Source: Dehalococcoidia bacterium
GTDB lineage: Bacteria > Chloroflexota > Dehalococcoidia > Lucifugimonadales > DAOUBE01
Length of the DNA: 33,380 bases
Direction: 5' to 3'
Assembly: GCA_034432835.1 (NCBI GenBank)
Contig: DAOUBE010000318.1
Location: forward strand, 1 to 33,380
Both the position numbers and the translations under genes were made by a program. Numbering within the stretch: position 1 is the first letter of the stretch; each line of letters opens with the position of its first letter. Under the pieces are notes generated by a model that saw only the letters and a list, made by a program, of their open reading frames with translations, was not told the origin of the DNA and did not search any database. This document shows, one piece after another, positions 1 to 7,783 of the stretch.

Positions 1-99
1 ACAGTCCCAGAGAGCCACCCTAGCGCCTAACCGCGGAGGACGCATCTAGGACCCGCGCCCTGCCCTATAGCTCGGCTACTGTGCTCCTGGTGGGGTAGT

Positions 100-460
100 G
101 AAGCGCACGGGTGAGAGAGGGGTTCGGGGAGGGCGCAGGGGACGGCCCCCAGGGGTGCAGGAGACGGAGTCCCCTGTCGGGGGTATTAATACCGAGGGTG
201 ATTCCTAATCCCTTTAGGGACTCACCCTAGGGGGAAACACCCAAAAGGGACTACGTTCCCCTTTGGATAAGGTGGGAAGTCCTGCTGAGAGCGCCCCGAG
301 GGTAGGTAGAGAGCCAAACTCCACCCTCTTACCTAAGTGGGTGCAGAGCTTCCCTTGAGCAAAGCGAAGGGGTACACCTTGCCCGAGGCTGTCCCGATGA
401 GTCGCGGCCCTGAGCGGAGTGAGAGGGGAGTGAAGGTGGCGAGCCTTGGTAGTAGGTGGT
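100..460. repeat. GC-rich palindromic intergenic repeat units, partial members of the family at 5606-5945 and 28783-29010
   Basis: Stop codons in all frames. The 33-nt unit aggggtgcaggagacggagtcccctgtcggggg (151-183) matches 28846-28878 at 27/33 and contains an inverted repeat. agtgggtgcag at 338-349 recurs in both other copies. Confidence 0.4.
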
Positions 461-465
461 GGCCT

Positions 466-2046
466 CTAAGTGGCCCTCTGGTACCTGGGGCTGGGCCGCC
501 GCCGAGGTGCGTTGGTCTCTGCCCGCCTCTCCAGGAGCGGCAGCCGGCTCGTCAGGCCTATGAACACCCCCGACAGAGTGTTGGCCCGCATGTCCGCCAG
601 GCCCATGTCCAGTGCTCCCTGGACCACCCAGGCCACTATGCCCGCCACCGAAAGTACGGCCAGGCTCCTCAGATAAGGGTTCTTCAGGTGCCTGGCCGCC
701 AGGCTACCCTCCAGGAGGCTTCTGCCCACCAAGAACCAAAAGGCCACAAAGCCTATAAACCCAAGGCGCATCCATACCCACAGTATAGTGTTATGGGGAA
801 TGATGTCCCAGAGCTCAAAGATTCCCGCCAGGCTGGGCATGGGAAGAAAATGGATGATTTGCTTGCCGTAGCCTCGGCCCAGCACCGGGTCCAAGCCGAT
901 GTTATACCTCAGGTTGGTAGCCTCCAGGACCCGGTAATTGTTGGACCCCGCATCTCGCTCATTGGGGTCGAACAGGGACATGATAGCCCTGGCGGGTTGA
1001 GCGGGGACGCTAGTACTTCTACCCATGGCTACTACATATAGAGGCAGTAAGATGGCTGCCACCACCGCCAGGGTAAGGATAGGTCTGCGCCAGCGCCGGA
1101 CTATGGTGTAGGCCATCAGACCCACCACTGCCAGGGCGATGCCCAATACCAGGAACCCCGCCCGCCTCTGGTTGGCCAGGAAGGCGATGAGCACAGGCAA
1201 GGAGACCAGGAGCCCGAAGCCTGCTTGAGATCGGCTGCTACGGAACAGGAACAAGATGGCCAGGGCTGTGAAGAAGAGGGCAAAAAAGAAGCTCTCCTCG
1301 TGGGCCAGGATGGAATTGTATCTGCTCACTTGTACCACCAGACCCAGGTCTCCCTGGAGGGTGCCTAGGTACCGCGCCGTGCCTATAAGCCCCTTCACCG
1401 CCACCGCTGCCAGAAACAGCCACAGGATGCCCTTGGCCTGCCCCTTGTCCTGCACCAGGTTGTACACCAGCAGGTAGGTGAAGAGCAGGTAGAGCTGGGG
1501 CCGCACCTCCCAGAAGGCGATGTTCAGATCGCCGCCCGTTCCCACGCCTCGGACCAGGCCGAACAGCACCATGAAGGAGTAGAAGGACACGGCCCAGATG
1601 AGGGGGCCGGCCTCCAGAGGCTTCCTCCGCTCGGCGATCCTCTTGAGGATGACGATGGCCAGGGTCAGGGCCATGAGCAGCTCCGCTGGAGTGGCCAGGA
1701 GCCATGGTGGGCCTCCTATGGCGCTGATGTTGTGAAAGAAGGGCACGTTGTCCGTCAGCGAGTCGGGGAATCCCAGCCGGAAGGTCTCGAACAGTATGGC
1801 CCCGCCTACAATGATGTACAGGCCGACGATAGGGCGGCGCCACAACATTGGAAGCAGCAGCACTAGGGCGGCTGCAGTCATGAAGAGCATGGGGTTTTCC
1901 TGGAGCAGCGCTAGACTGATGCCTGCCACCAGTGAGGCGATGAGCCCCAGCAGGGCGAATAGTGCCCTCCGGGAGGCTGGCATACGGCCAAGGCCCGCCG
2001 GGGGCGTTGTCCTTGGGTCCGGTATCACTATGGCCGAACGCTGCAT
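466..2046 (-). CDS. O-antigen ligase / Wzy-type polysaccharide polymerase family membrane protein
   Basis: About 525-aa polytopic membrane protein with high GC3. Wzy_C-like segments FLANQRRAGFLVLGIALAV and IIPHNTILWVWMRLGFIGF. GGAG lies 9-10 nt upstream of the ATG at 2046; an in-frame GTG at 2049 is an alternative start. Confidence 0.7.
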   Translation of the reverse strand: MQRSAIVIPDPRTTPPAGLGRMPASRRALFALLGLIASLVAGISLALLQENPMLFMTAAALVLLLPMLWRRPIVGLYIIVGGAILFETFRLGFPDSLTDNVPFFHNISAIGGPPWLLATPAELLMALTLAIVILKRIAERRKPLEAGPLIWAVSFYSFMVLFGLVRGVGTGGDLNIAFWEVRPQLYLLFTYLLVYNLVQDKGQAKGILWLFLAAVAVKGLIGTARYLGTLQGDLGLVVQVSRYNSILAHEESFFFALFFTALAILFLFRSSRSQAGFGLLVSLPVLIAFLANQRRAGFLVLGIALAVVGLMAYTIVRRWRRPILTLAVVAAILLPLYVVAMGRSTSVPAQPARAIMSLFDPNERDAGSNNYRVLEATNLRYNIGLDPVLGRGYGKQIIHFLPMPSLAGIFELWDIIPHNTILWVWMRLGFIGFVAFWFLVGRSLLEGSLAARHLKNPYLRSLAVLSVAGIVAWVVQGALDMGLADMRANTLSGVFIGLTSRLPLLERRAETNAPRRRPSPRYQRAT

Positions 2047-2094
2047 CACTTTACTCCGGCGGTCGGATAGGGGGCCTTGAGGGAAGCTGGGCTG

Positions 2095-2238
2095 TCACGT
2101 CCAGAAGAAGTAGAACCCGGCCGGCAAGACCACGGTCGCCCCCAGTAGCAGCAAACGTACTCGAGGACTGTAAGACTTGGCCAGCAGCCCCACGGCCAGA
2201 TAGAAGGCCAGGAGCATCACCAACAGGGGAACGGCCAT
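2095..2238 (-). CDS. Small two-TM membrane protein (47 aa), absent from the ORF track
   Basis: Hand translation gives MAVPLLVMLLAFYLAVGLLAKSYSPRVRLLLLGATVVLPAGFYFFWT. Codons are GC3-rich like neighbouring genes. The ATG lies 5 nt after the stop of the upstream ATPase gene, with GGAG about 11 nt upstream. It fills an otherwise empty 194-nt gap inside an operon. Confidence 0.45.
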   Translation of the reverse strand: MAVPLLVMLLAFYLAVGLLAKSYSPRVRLLLLGATVVLPAGFYFFWT

Positions 2239-2243
2239 CCCCG

Positions 2244-3005
2244 CTACTCCAAGAGGAGGTCAGCCAGCCACCGGGGCACCGGCGACGGTGGCCCCAGATA
2301 GACCACCCCCAGGAACTTCTCGCTCTGCATTAGGCGCGCGGCGTCTTTCATCATCTGCACGGGAGTAAGGCCCGCTCGCACCACCAACAGGGTGCCGTCC
2401 AGGAGCCGCCCTATCTCCTCGGCGTTGACGTCGGACAGGACGGGAGGGAGGTCCATCACAATGAACGTGAACTGCTGCTTCAGGGTGTTCAGCAGGCCGG
2501 GCATCTCCTTCCTCAGCCTGGCGCTGAGGTCATAGGGCGATTGGGGGACTTCCAGCCCCGGGACGTCGCCGGCGGGTATGAAGTACATGTTCTTCAGGGC
2601 GGTGTGGCACATGGCAGCGTGCAGCTCGTTGCGTCGAAGGAGATACTCTGCCAGGCCGGGGGAAGGGTCCACGCCTATGTCCTCGGCCATGCTGGGGTTA
2701 AGGAAGTCGCCCTCTATCAGCAGCACCTTCTCTGTAGTCTCAGAGGCCAAGGCCGTGGCCAGGCCTATGGCGCTGGTAGTCTTACCCTCGCCGGCTATGG
2801 AGCTGCTGATGCCCACGGCGATGGGAGGCTTCATGCGCTCCAGGCTGACGATGTGCAGGGCCAGCCGCTGCCACGCCTGCCTTAGCGCAAGCAGGGCCCT
2901 GTTCTGCTTGTCCGTCAGCGTTAGCCTGCCCAGGCCGTTGCGAGACCGCCCGCCCCTGACCCCTCGAGTACCCGTATTCATGTCACCACCTTCGATGGGA
3001 CTCAC
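2244..3005 (-). CDS. BY-kinase-like (CpsD/CapB family) P-loop ATPase lacking a C-terminal tyrosine cluster
   Basis: Walker A AGEGKTT, Walker A'-like LLIEGDFLNP, Walker B-like FIVMDLPP. The GTG start overlaps the PCP stop (GTGA). An alternative ATG at 2981 has a gaaggtgg SD. Confidence 0.75.
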   Translation of the reverse strand: MSPIEGGDMNTGTRGVRGGRSRNGLGRLTLTDKQNRALLALRQAWQRLALHIVSLERMKPPIAVGISSSIAGEGKTTSAIGLATALASETTEKVLLIEGDFLNPSMAEDIGVDPSPGLAEYLLRRNELHAAMCHTALKNMYFIPAGDVPGLEVPQSPYDLSARLRKEMPGLLNTLKQQFTFIVMDLPPVLSDVNAEEIGRLLDGTLLVVRAGLTPVQMMKDAARLMQSEKFLGVVYLGPPSPVPRWLADLLLE

Positions 3006-4120
3006 CGGACGTCCCGGCCACTGGCGGCCCTGGGCGCCAGGGCCAGCTTCACCAGCTCGGGCTCCCGCCGGCGGCCCAGGGAGACCACCGGCACCATGAC
3101 CAGCATGGGCACCTCCAGGGCCTCCTCCACGTCCTCCTTAGACCTTACCGTGGTGTCCCGCCAAGTCAGCATTACAATGGGCAGGGCACCCAGAATCACT
3201 CCCAGGAGCACGCCCAGCAACCCCATCATCACGATACCCCGCCGGGTGTTGGCTGCTGCCCCAGGGTCTAGCTGCGCCGGGTCGATGATCTGGAAACCCT
3301 GGCTCCGGTTGGAAACGGCAGCTTCTCCGGCTATACGGGCCTCCTCCAGCTTCCTCAGGGCCGACTCATACAGGGTCTGCTCCACGGCCAAGTCCTTCTG
3401 GAGGCTCTGTAGCTCCGCCTCCTCGGCCGGTGGCCTGGATTGGCCCAGGAAGGGTGCTGGGTGGGTCTCTAGGAACTGGCGCAGCGCCTCCGAGGCCTGG
3501 GCCAGCTTCTGCTCTTGGAGACGGACTTGGCGGGTGTAAAAGTCTATGCCCAGCCTGGCCTGGTCCGCCCGTATGGCCATGGTCTTTTCGTTGTACAGAG
3601 CAATAACCTCCTGGACCAACCTGGTGCCCAGGACCTCATCCTTGCCCCGGTAGCTGACGCGGAGCAGGTTGTCACCCTCCGGGGTTACCAGGATGCTCTT
3701 CTCGATCATTCTCAGACCGCTTTCCATGGCACCCTGGGTGGTCTGGGGTGGCATCAACCCCAGAACGCGGGCGATGTCACGCAGCACTGGTACGCTGCCT
3801 ATCTGAGACTGGAACCGTGAGGGCTTGGGCCACTGACCCTGTTGAATGGCAGCGGTCAACCCTACTCTCTCCATCACCTCTTCCCGAAAGGCCCGGGTAG
3901 TCAGTCGCTCCTGAAGGGCCTTGGCCTCGGTCTCAGTAGGGGTCTCGCGCAAGGTAGTGCCTAGGTCCAGGGTCTCCACAGGCTCAACCCAGATGGTGCT
4001 GCTGATCACCTTGTTCTGCCCCAGGTAGAAGGCCACCGCCAGGGCGATGATGGGAATGGTGATCAGAGGAATAAGGAATAGTTCTTTGAACCTGAACAGG
4101 TTTTCGACGTACCGTCTCAA
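3002..4120 (-). CDS. Polysaccharide co-polymerase (PCP / Wzz chain-length determinant family)
   Basis: N-terminal TM (LFLIPLITIPIIALAVAFYL), long coiled-coil periplasmic region, second TM (IVMMGLLGVLLGVILGALPIVML). The cytosolic tail SKEDVEEALEVPMLVMVP resembles the kinase-activating segment of split PCP/BY-kinase pairs. TTG start with an aggggg SD. Confidence 0.75.
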   Translation of the reverse strand: MRRYVENLFRFKELFLIPLITIPIIALAVAFYLGQNKVISSTIWVEPVETLDLGTTLRETPTETEAKALQERLTTRAFREEVMERVGLTAAIQQGQWPKPSRFQSQIGSVPVLRDIARVLGLMPPQTTQGAMESGLRMIEKSILVTPEGDNLLRVSYRGKDEVLGTRLVQEVIALYNEKTMAIRADQARLGIDFYTRQVRLQEQKLAQASEALRQFLETHPAPFLGQSRPPAEEAELQSLQKDLAVEQTLYESALRKLEEARIAGEAAVSNRSQGFQIIDPAQLDPGAAANTRRGIVMMGLLGVLLGVILGALPIVMLTWRDTTVRSKEDVEEALEVPMLVMVPVVSLGRRREPELVKLALAPRAASGRDVR

Positions 4121-4299
4121 TTCGTTTACCCCCTGCCACCCGTCTTAGCCACGCATTGATTGTGAGTCTGGTGGAGAGTCGCCACTAGCCCCATTTGTGC
4201 GATTCCTGGAGGGGTGCGGCTTTAGTCTTTTCGGACTACGGTTCCAGTGCGGTCAGTGAAGTAAACGCGCCTTATCGACAATTTCAGACCTTTGGCTGA

Positions 4300-4311
4300 G
4301 GCGGTAGCATG
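4300..4311 (+). promoter_or_regulatory. ops-like element GGCGGTAGCATG in the leader of the 2-epimerase gene
   Basis: Exact match to the ops core GGCGGTAG plus the downstream TG, on the non-template strand 56 nt upstream of the ATG at 4367. It could be a chance match. Confidence 0.25.
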
Positions 4312-4366
4312 CAGGCCGCTGTACCATACAGGCAGCACGGGACCGGCGGAGGATGGAGGGGCGGCC

Positions 4367-5491
4367 ATGAAGGTGCTCACGGTCTTTGGGACGCGCCCGG
4401 AGGCCATAAAACTGGCTCCGGTGATAAAGGAGCTGGAGAGGTGGCCTGGCATGGAGTCCAGGGTCTGCGTTACCGCCCAGCATCGCGAGATGCTGGACCA
4501 GGTGCTCCGCCTCTTTAACATCACCCCCAGCCATGACCTGGGCGTGATGAAGAAGGGCCAGAGCCTGTTCGACATCACCGTCCGTGCCCTCTCCGCCCTG
4601 GAGTCTGTCCTGGCCCAGGAGCGTCCTGACCTGGTGATGGTGCAGGGGGACACCACTACCACCCTGGTGGCCTGCCTGGCCGCCTACTATATGAAGATAC
4701 CTGTCGCCCACGTGGAGGCGGGACTCCGTACCGGAGACAAGCACAATCCCTTTCCCGAGGAAATGAACCGCCGGCTGGCCGACCTCTACTTCCCGCCCAC
4801 GGAGCGGGCCAAGGAGAACCTGCTGCGAGAGGGCGTGGCGGAACAGCGGGTCTTTGTGACGGGGAACACCGTCATTGACGCCCTTCTAATGCTCAAGAAA
4901 GAGCTGGAGTGCCCCGAGTTCGAGGCGTCGGTGGCCAGGCGCTTCGCCCAGGCCACCGGTGTGAGGCTGGGGGAACGGCGCCTGGTGCTGGTCACCGGCC
5001 ACCGCCGCGAGAGCTTCGGGGTGGGCATGGAGAACCTCTGCCTGGGCATCCGCGACATCGTCCGCCGAAATCCCGACGTGGAGGCGGTTTACGCTGTTCA
5101 CTTGAACCCCAACGTCCAGGGGCCCGTGCGGCGTATCCTGGGGGAGGAGCCCCGGGTCCACCTGGTGGAGCCCCAGGACTACGCCACCTTCGTCTGGCTC
5201 ATGGACAGGGCCTACTTTATCCTGACGGACTCGGGAGGCATACAGGAGGAGGCCCCGGCCCTGGGCAAGCCTGTGCTGGTGGCCCGCCAAGCCACAGAGC
5301 GGGTGGAGGCCCTGGAGGCGGGGGTGGCCCGGCTGGTGGGCACGGACCGGGAGAAGATCGTCTCGGCGGCCCAGGTGCTCCTGGACGACCGGTCGGAGTA
5401 CGAGCGCATGGCCAAGGCGGTGAACCCCTTCGGCGATGGCAAGGCCGCCGAGCGCATCGTGTCCATCGTCGCGGACTACCTCCGGAGCTAA
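4367..5491 (+). CDS. wecB: UDP-N-acetylglucosamine 2-epimerase (non-hydrolysing, WecB/MnaA/WlbD family)
   Basis: MKVLTVFGTRPEAIKLAPV N-terminus, plus HVEAGLRT, DSGGIQEEAP and NPFGDGKAAERI motifs. SD ggaggatggagggg precedes the ATG at 4367. The tracked start at 4292 is a TTG extension. Confidence 0.9.
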   Translation: MKVLTVFGTRPEAIKLAPVIKELERWPGMESRVCVTAQHREMLDQVLRLFNITPSHDLGVMKKGQSLFDITVRALSALESVLAQERPDLVMVQGDTTTTLVACLAAYYMKIPVAHVEAGLRTGDKHNPFPEEMNRRLADLYFPPTERAKENLLREGVAEQRVFVTGNTVIDALLMLKKELECPEFEASVARRFAQATGVRLGERRLVLVTGHRRESFGVGMENLCLGIRDIVRRNPDVEAVYAVHLNPNVQGPVRRILGEEPRVHLVEPQDYATFVWLMDRAYFILTDSGGIQEEAPALGKPVLVARQATERVEALEAGVARLVGTDREKIVSAAQVLLDDRSEYERMAKAVNPFGDGKAAERIVSIVADYLRS

Positions 5492-5605
5492 GCACCCCTA
5501 TGGTGTTCCAGGCCGGTATTTCCCCACCGCTCCTTGCTGTCCGACCGTTATTTTTGGTAGGAGGCCGACCCGGATAGGTTCAGCCCGGAAGGGCCGCAGG
5601 ATAAA

Positions 5606-5945
5606 TTAGGCGGCCTGGGGACCCTCACCCTTGCCCACGGGAGAGGGTAGGCCCTCACCCCCAGCGTGACGGCTTCCCCCTCTCCACCAGGGCGTGCCCT
5701 GGCAGGGCTTGCCCTGCACCCGCGCCTGATGGTCCTGCTCCACCATCTCACCAGGAGCACAGCACCCAAAACGGATGCAGGGTGAGCCTAGGTGAAGAAG
5801 GGGTTGGGGTGAGGCCAGGCGTGCAGGGGACAAGGGCTCGCCCTTGACCCACACTTCGCTGAGGTGGTCAGTGAGGGTATGTGACCAGGGAAGATGAAGA
5901 GTGGGTGCAGGGTGCACCCTGCCGGGGCGAGCCCTGGCGTGCTCT
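5606..5945. repeat. Mosaic GC-rich palindromic intergenic repeat, copy A
   Basis: 5831-5940 aligns to 28896-29005 at roughly 88% identity by hand alignment. 5606-5660 resembles 28783-28835. It contains hairpins caagggc/gcccttg, ggtca/tgacc and gggtgca/tgcaccc. Confidence 0.7.
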
Positions 5946-6009
5946 TGTCCTTGCTGCTAAAATCCAGGGCGGACCCCGAACCGGGTGGCCTTGGAAAGGA
6001 GCGTGGACT

Positions 6010-6213
6010 ATGGCGAGCCAGCCTCCTCTGGACAGGAAGACCTTCCAGGCCCTGGCCAGTTCCCTGGGCCTGGACACCCAGGGTGCTCATGGCCAGGAGC
6101 TGTACCAGGCGGTGACCAGCCTCCTCCAGGGGCTGCGGGACCTGGACCGCATCGATCCTGGCAGCGTGGAGCCGGTCCTAGTGTATCTCCCACAGGAGCA
6201 CGACCGTGAATAA
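6010..6213 (+). CDS. GatC/AtzG-like small amidase partner subunit (67 aa)
   Basis: Internal ATG at 6010 with an aaggag SD 8 nt upstream. The sequence MASQPPLDRKTFQALASSLGLD...RIDPGSVEPVLVYLP fits the GatC/AtzG (DUF4089)-like pattern. Its stop overlaps the amidase GTG (GTGAATAA). The upstream 43 codons of the tracked ORF lie in repeat DNA. Confidence 0.55.
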   Translation: MASQPPLDRKTFQALASSLGLDTQGAHGQELYQAVTSLLQGLRDLDRIDPGSVEPVLVYLPQEHDRE

Positions 6214-7618
6214 CAGCGAGCTTTGCTTTCTCAGCGCCTGGGAGCTGTCCAAACTGATAAAGGGCCGAAAGGTCTCGCTGGTGGAGGTGGTGGAGGCCCA
6301 CCTGGAGCGCATCAAAGCCACGGAGCCGGCGCTCAACTCCTTCATCACCCTGCTACCGGACCGGGCCCGCAAGGCCGCCCTCCAGGCTGAGGAGGAGGTG
6401 CGAGCGGACAGGTATCGTGGCCCCCTTCACGGCGTGCCTCTGGGCCTCAAGGACCTGTACTACACTCGGGGCGTCCGCACCACATCGGGCTCTAAGGTGT
6501 TCCACGACTTCCTGCCTGACTACGACTGCACCATCGCCGCCAGGTTCGCCCAGGCCGGGGCCATTCTGTTGGGCAAGCTCAATCTGCACCAGCTAGCCTA
6601 CGGCCCCACGGGCGAGAACCCGGACTACGGCCACATGCACAACCCCTGGGACCCCCAGCGCATCGCTGGGGGCTCCAGCGGCGGCTCTGGCTCGGCCGCC
6701 GCGGCGGGCCAGTGCACCATCACCATGGGCAGCGACACGGGGGGCTCCATCCGCATCCCCGCCGCTCTGTGCGGCATCGTGGGCCTCAAGCCCACCTACG
6801 GGCTTCTCAGCCGCCACGGCCTCACGCCCCTGGCCTGGTCCTTGGACCACCCTGGCCCCATGGTGCGTACCGTGGAGGACTGCGCACTGGTACTCAACGC
6901 CCTGGCCGGCCACGACCCCAAGGACCCGGCCTCGGCCCGGGTCCCGGTGCCCGACTACACCCAGGCCCTGGTGCCCGATGTCCGTGGGCTGCACATCGGC
7001 GTGCCCAAGGAGTACTTCGAGGTGCCCCTGGATTCAGAGGTAGAGGGGGCTGTGCGTAAGGCCATCGCCACTCTGGGAGAGATGGGGGCCGAGGTGCGGG
7101 AGGTGTCGTGGCCCATGTTCCACCAGGCCCCCGCCATCTCCAGCGCCATTATGTTCTCCGAGGCCAGCGCCTGCCACGCAGGGCTGGTGCGGCAACATGG
7201 AGAAAGGCTCTACCCCCAGGTCAGGCTGCGGCTGGAGTCGGGCCTGTTCATTTCCGCCTCGGACTACATCAAGGCCCAGCGCGCCCGCGCCCTGTTTATC
7301 CGCCAGACCCTGGAGCTGCTGGAGCAGGTGGACCTTCTGGCTGGGCCCCAGATGGCCATCACCGCCCCAAGGCTCCTGGAGAGGGAGGTGCAGGTGAGGG
7401 GAAGGCGGGTCCAGGTCATCCCCATCCTTACCCAGTACACCCGGCCCTTCAACATAACCGGCTTCCCGGCCATTAGCGTGCCCTGCGGCTTCTCCAGCCA
7501 GGGTCTACCCATAGGCCTCCAGCTAGCCGGCCGCCCCTTCGGCGAGCCAACGGTGCTGAGGGCGGCCTACGCCTACCAGCAGGCTACCCAGTGGCACCAA
7601 CGCAGGCCGCCCATCTGA
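6206..7618 (+). CDS. Amidase signature (AS) family amidase, GatA/AtzE-like
   Basis: GGSSGGSGSAAAAG signature, LGLKD catalytic Lys region, GSDTGGSIRIPAA. GTG start with aggag 7 nt upstream. Confidence 0.9.
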   Translation: MNNSELCFLSAWELSKLIKGRKVSLVEVVEAHLERIKATEPALNSFITLLPDRARKAALQAEEEVRADRYRGPLHGVPLGLKDLYYTRGVRTTSGSKVFHDFLPDYDCTIAARFAQAGAILLGKLNLHQLAYGPTGENPDYGHMHNPWDPQRIAGGSSGGSGSAAAAGQCTITMGSDTGGSIRIPAALCGIVGLKPTYGLLSRHGLTPLAWSLDHPGPMVRTVEDCALVLNALAGHDPKDPASARVPVPDYTQALVPDVRGLHIGVPKEYFEVPLDSEVEGAVRKAIATLGEMGAEVREVSWPMFHQAPAISSAIMFSEASACHAGLVRQHGERLYPQVRLRLESGLFISASDYIKAQRARALFIRQTLELLEQVDLLAGPQMAITAPRLLEREVQVRGRRVQVIPILTQYTRPFNITGFPAISVPCGFSSQGLPIGLQLAGRPFGEPTVLRAAYAYQQATQWHQRRPPI

Positions 7619-7631
7619 TAGGATGGCTCTG

Positions 7632-7679
7632 CGCCGGCCCCACTTTGGGAAAGGCCGGCGGGTCCGGATAAGCCTTTTT
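7632..7679 (+). terminator. Putative intrinsic terminator after the amidase gene
   Basis: 8-bp GC stem cgccggcc/ggccggcg (7632-7660) with a T5 run at 7675-7679. The T run is not adjacent to the stem. Confidence 0.35.
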
Positions 7680-7783
7680 CTGGTAAGGAAAGAGGAGGAC
7701 GCCTTAGCCTGCCGTTCTAGCCTAACCCTTTCTCTCCACGGCCTCTACAGACTCTGGGATGAAATCAACAAGAGGAGGAAAGT

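Noticed and set aside
337-1041. 234-aa plus-strand ORF at the window start
   Set aside because: It overlaps the Wzy-like membrane protein gene on the opposite strand and begins in repeat DNA. It is Pro/Gly/Arg-rich.
4292-4366. N-terminal extensions of tracked ORFs: 4292 for the epimerase; likewise 14410, 20551, 24129, 25445, 30175 and 30787
   Set aside because: The extensions start at alternative codons, overlap the upstream gene or leader, and lack SDs. Internal starts have GGAGG-type SDs and match the family N-termini.
5548-6090. Several 70-110-aa ORFs on both strands between the epimerase and the amidase operon
   Set aside because: They lie in the mosaic palindromic repeat, and equivalent sequence recurs at 28783-29010. 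The translations are low complexity. Only the 6010-6213 portion has an SD and a recognisable fold pattern.
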